From positions 1,489-65,488 of the forward strand of contig JBMYNJ010000003.1 of assembly GCA_049598145.1 (NCBI GenBank): a stretch of 64,000 bases of DNA. Direction: 5' to 3'. Origin of the DNA: Flavobacteriaceae bacterium. GTDB taxonomy: Bacteria; Bacteroidota; Bacteroidia; Flavobacteriales; Flavobacteriaceae. A program made the position numbers and the translations under genes. The stretch's first letter is position 1. Every line of letters starts with the position of its first letter. Below, piece by piece: positions 62,684 to 64,000 of this stretch. A model generated the notes under the pieces. That model was not told the origin of the DNA and did not search any database. It worked only from the letters and a program-made list of their open reading frames with translations.

Positions 62684-62998
62684 ATGAAAATTGAAAAGGA
62701 AAATTTGTTTCGATCTGTTGCGCTTCTATTGTTGTGTGTCATGATTGCACAGCCTCTGATCGATTTTAGTGAAATTTTTCAAGATCAGGTTACCTATGCT
62801 TGGGAAATTGACTGGAATACCGACACTGATGATGAAGAAGAAAAAGAGGAAACAAAGCATCAACCCCCTTTCAAAAACGGGATGAATAAAAGTTTGCGAA
62901 TCGCTAAAAACCAATCCCACTTAATTCCACACAAACGAGTCGATAATCTCGCTGCTGAGATTTTCCTTCCCCCACCGGAACAGCTTTCATCCCTATAA
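62684..62998 (+). CDS. small hypothetical membrane-anchored protein with an acidic cluster, 104 aa
   Basis: MKIEKENLFRSVALLLLCVMIAQPLIDF provides one TM or signal anchor, followed by DWNTDTDDEEEKEE. The ATG at 62684 is preferred to the listed TTG at 62669. Confidence 0.45.
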   Translation: MKIEKENLFRSVALLLLCVMIAQPLIDFSEIFQDQVTYAWEIDWNTDTDDEEEKEETKHQPPFKNGMNKSLRIAKNQSHLIPHKRVDNLAAEIFLPPPEQLSSL

Positions 62999-63070
62999 AG
63001 TCCCAATCTCCTTTAAAATCTGCAACCGCCATACGGATGGGTTGCTCAATTGCTATTTAACATTTAAAAC

Positions 63071-64000
63071 ATGAATATTTTTAAACATATCAAATCAGAT
63101 TTACCGGCAAGTATTGTTGTCTTTTTCGTTGCACTTCCTCTTTGTTTGGGAATTGCTCTTGCTAGTGGAGCCCCTTTATTTTCGGGTTTAATCGCCGGAA
63201 TTGTCGGTGGAATTGTCGTAGGGTCTTTAAGTGGCTCTCATGTGGGCGTTAGTGGCCCGGCAGCTGGCTTAGCTGCTATTGTTCTAACCGCTATTGGAAC
63301 CCTTGGAGGTTTCGAAAACTTTTTAGTGGCGGTAGTGTTAGGAGGACTTATTCAATTGTTATTTGGTCTTTTAGGGGCCGGTATTATCGGTTACTACTTT
63401 CCATCATCAGTAATTAAGGGAATGCTTACAGGGATCGGTATTATCATCATCATCAAACAGGTTCCCTATTTTTTCGGGTACCAGGCCCCGTTAGCTGCGG
63501 AACTGTCGCGCAATGAAACCGGAATTTTGAGTCGCCTGAATTACATCAGTCCGGGCTCCACTTTAATTGCCTGTATAGGTATGGTTATCTTATTGCTTTG
63601 GGAAAATGTGTTGGCTAAAAAAAGTAGAATCTTTCAACTGATTCAGGGACCTTTGGTGGCGGTGATTGTGGGGGTCGTTTATGCCATCTCAACCCAAGGA
63701 AATTCCTTTTGGGGAATCTCTGCCGAAGACTTAGTGAGTGTACCGGTTCCTGAAAACCTCTCCTCCTTTGCCTCTAAGTTTACTTTTCCCAACTTTGCTG
63801 TTATTGGGAGTCCTCAAATTTGGGTCACTGCATTTACGATTGCTCTTGTCGCAAGTTTGGAAACGCTTCTTTGTGTGGAAGCCACAGACAAGCTCGATCC
63901 TGAAAAAAGAGTGACCCCAACCAATCGGGAGTTGGTCGCCCAAGGAACCGGAAATGTACTCTCCGGCTTAATCGGGGGGCTTCCCATCACGCAGGTGATC
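63071..64000 (+). CDS. SulP-family anion transporter, N-terminal part (runs off the right edge)
   Basis: My own translation gives MNIFKHIKSDLPASIVVFFVALPLCLGIALASGAPLFSGLIAGIVGGIVVGSLSGSHVGVSGPAAGLAAIV..., which is typical of SulP. The frame is open to the window end, so the gene is absent from the ORF track. Confidence 0.85.
   Translation, partial: MNIFKHIKSDLPASIVVFFVALPLCLGIALASGAPLFSGLIAGIVGGIVVGSLSGSHVGVSGPAAGLAAIVLTAIGTLGGFENFLVAVVLGGLIQLLFGLLGAGIIGYYFPSSVIKGMLTGIGIIIIIKQVPYFFGYQAPLAAELSRNETGILSRLNYISPGSTLIACIGMVILLLWENVLAKKSRIFQLIQGPLVAVIVGVVYAISTQGNSFWGISAEDLVSVPVPENLSSFASKFTFPNFAVIGSPQIWVTAFTIALVASLETLLCVEATDKLDPEKRVTPTNRELVAQGTGNVLSGLIGGLPITQVI

Noticed and set aside
62613-62687. 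A 24-codon mini-ORF (MKTPKFVAELLKKIKHSVFCFGCL) whose TGA overlaps the ATG of the 104-aa ORF (ATGA), considered as a leader peptide.
   Set aside because: The only consensus -7 promoter box in the region (62624-62631) lies inside it, so the predicted transcript would start downstream of its ATG. There is no other support.
62999-63070. GCAACC-N12-GGTTGC after the small ORF, considered as a terminator.
   Set aside because: The stem is only 6 bp with a 12-nt loop and no T-run. It is too weak to call.

Overview
This is a Flavobacteriia-type (Bacteroidota) chromosomal segment, and most of it is core housekeeping. The lineage call rests on the SusC/SusD pairs, T9SS parts (PorT, PorP/SprF, a type B C-terminal domain), a short sigma-A, and TAnnTTTG promoter boxes. 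On the minus strand, 4.5-21.5 kb holds one uninterrupted str-S10-spc-alpha ribosomal superoperon (rpsL to rplQ, 32 genes including the unlisted rpmJ and rpmD). It has one candidate promoter and one clear terminator, and carA-eno-gltA lie downstream of it. From 21.7 to 32.9 kb on the plus strand there are three tandem SusC/SusD-type units. The first has collapsed into a single chimeric ORF joining a SusC N-terminus to a SusD C-terminus. The other two are intact, have no adjacent CAZymes, and are separated by a secreted protein of unknown function. From 32.9 to 50.4 kb the genes are housekeeping: rlmB, rarA, trkHA, ubiE-porT, a lipoprotein TamA-like (TamL-type) protein, fbaA, accD, rpsO-pnp, rpoD, rpe and a thrombospondin-repeat OmpA protein. 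The best candidate for something new is the tight four-gene plus-strand cluster at 50.5-57.8 kb. It encodes a secreted GH65, a lipoprotein GH37 trehalase, a cysteine-free EPN/WND C-type-lectin protein with a T9SS type B sorting domain, and its PorP/SprF partner. The right end carries mitochondrial-type aconitase with a small PepSY-TM-like protein, an SSS sugar symporter, a small acidic membrane protein and a truncated SulP transporter. I saw no rRNA, tRNA, CRISPR array, transposase or integrase.
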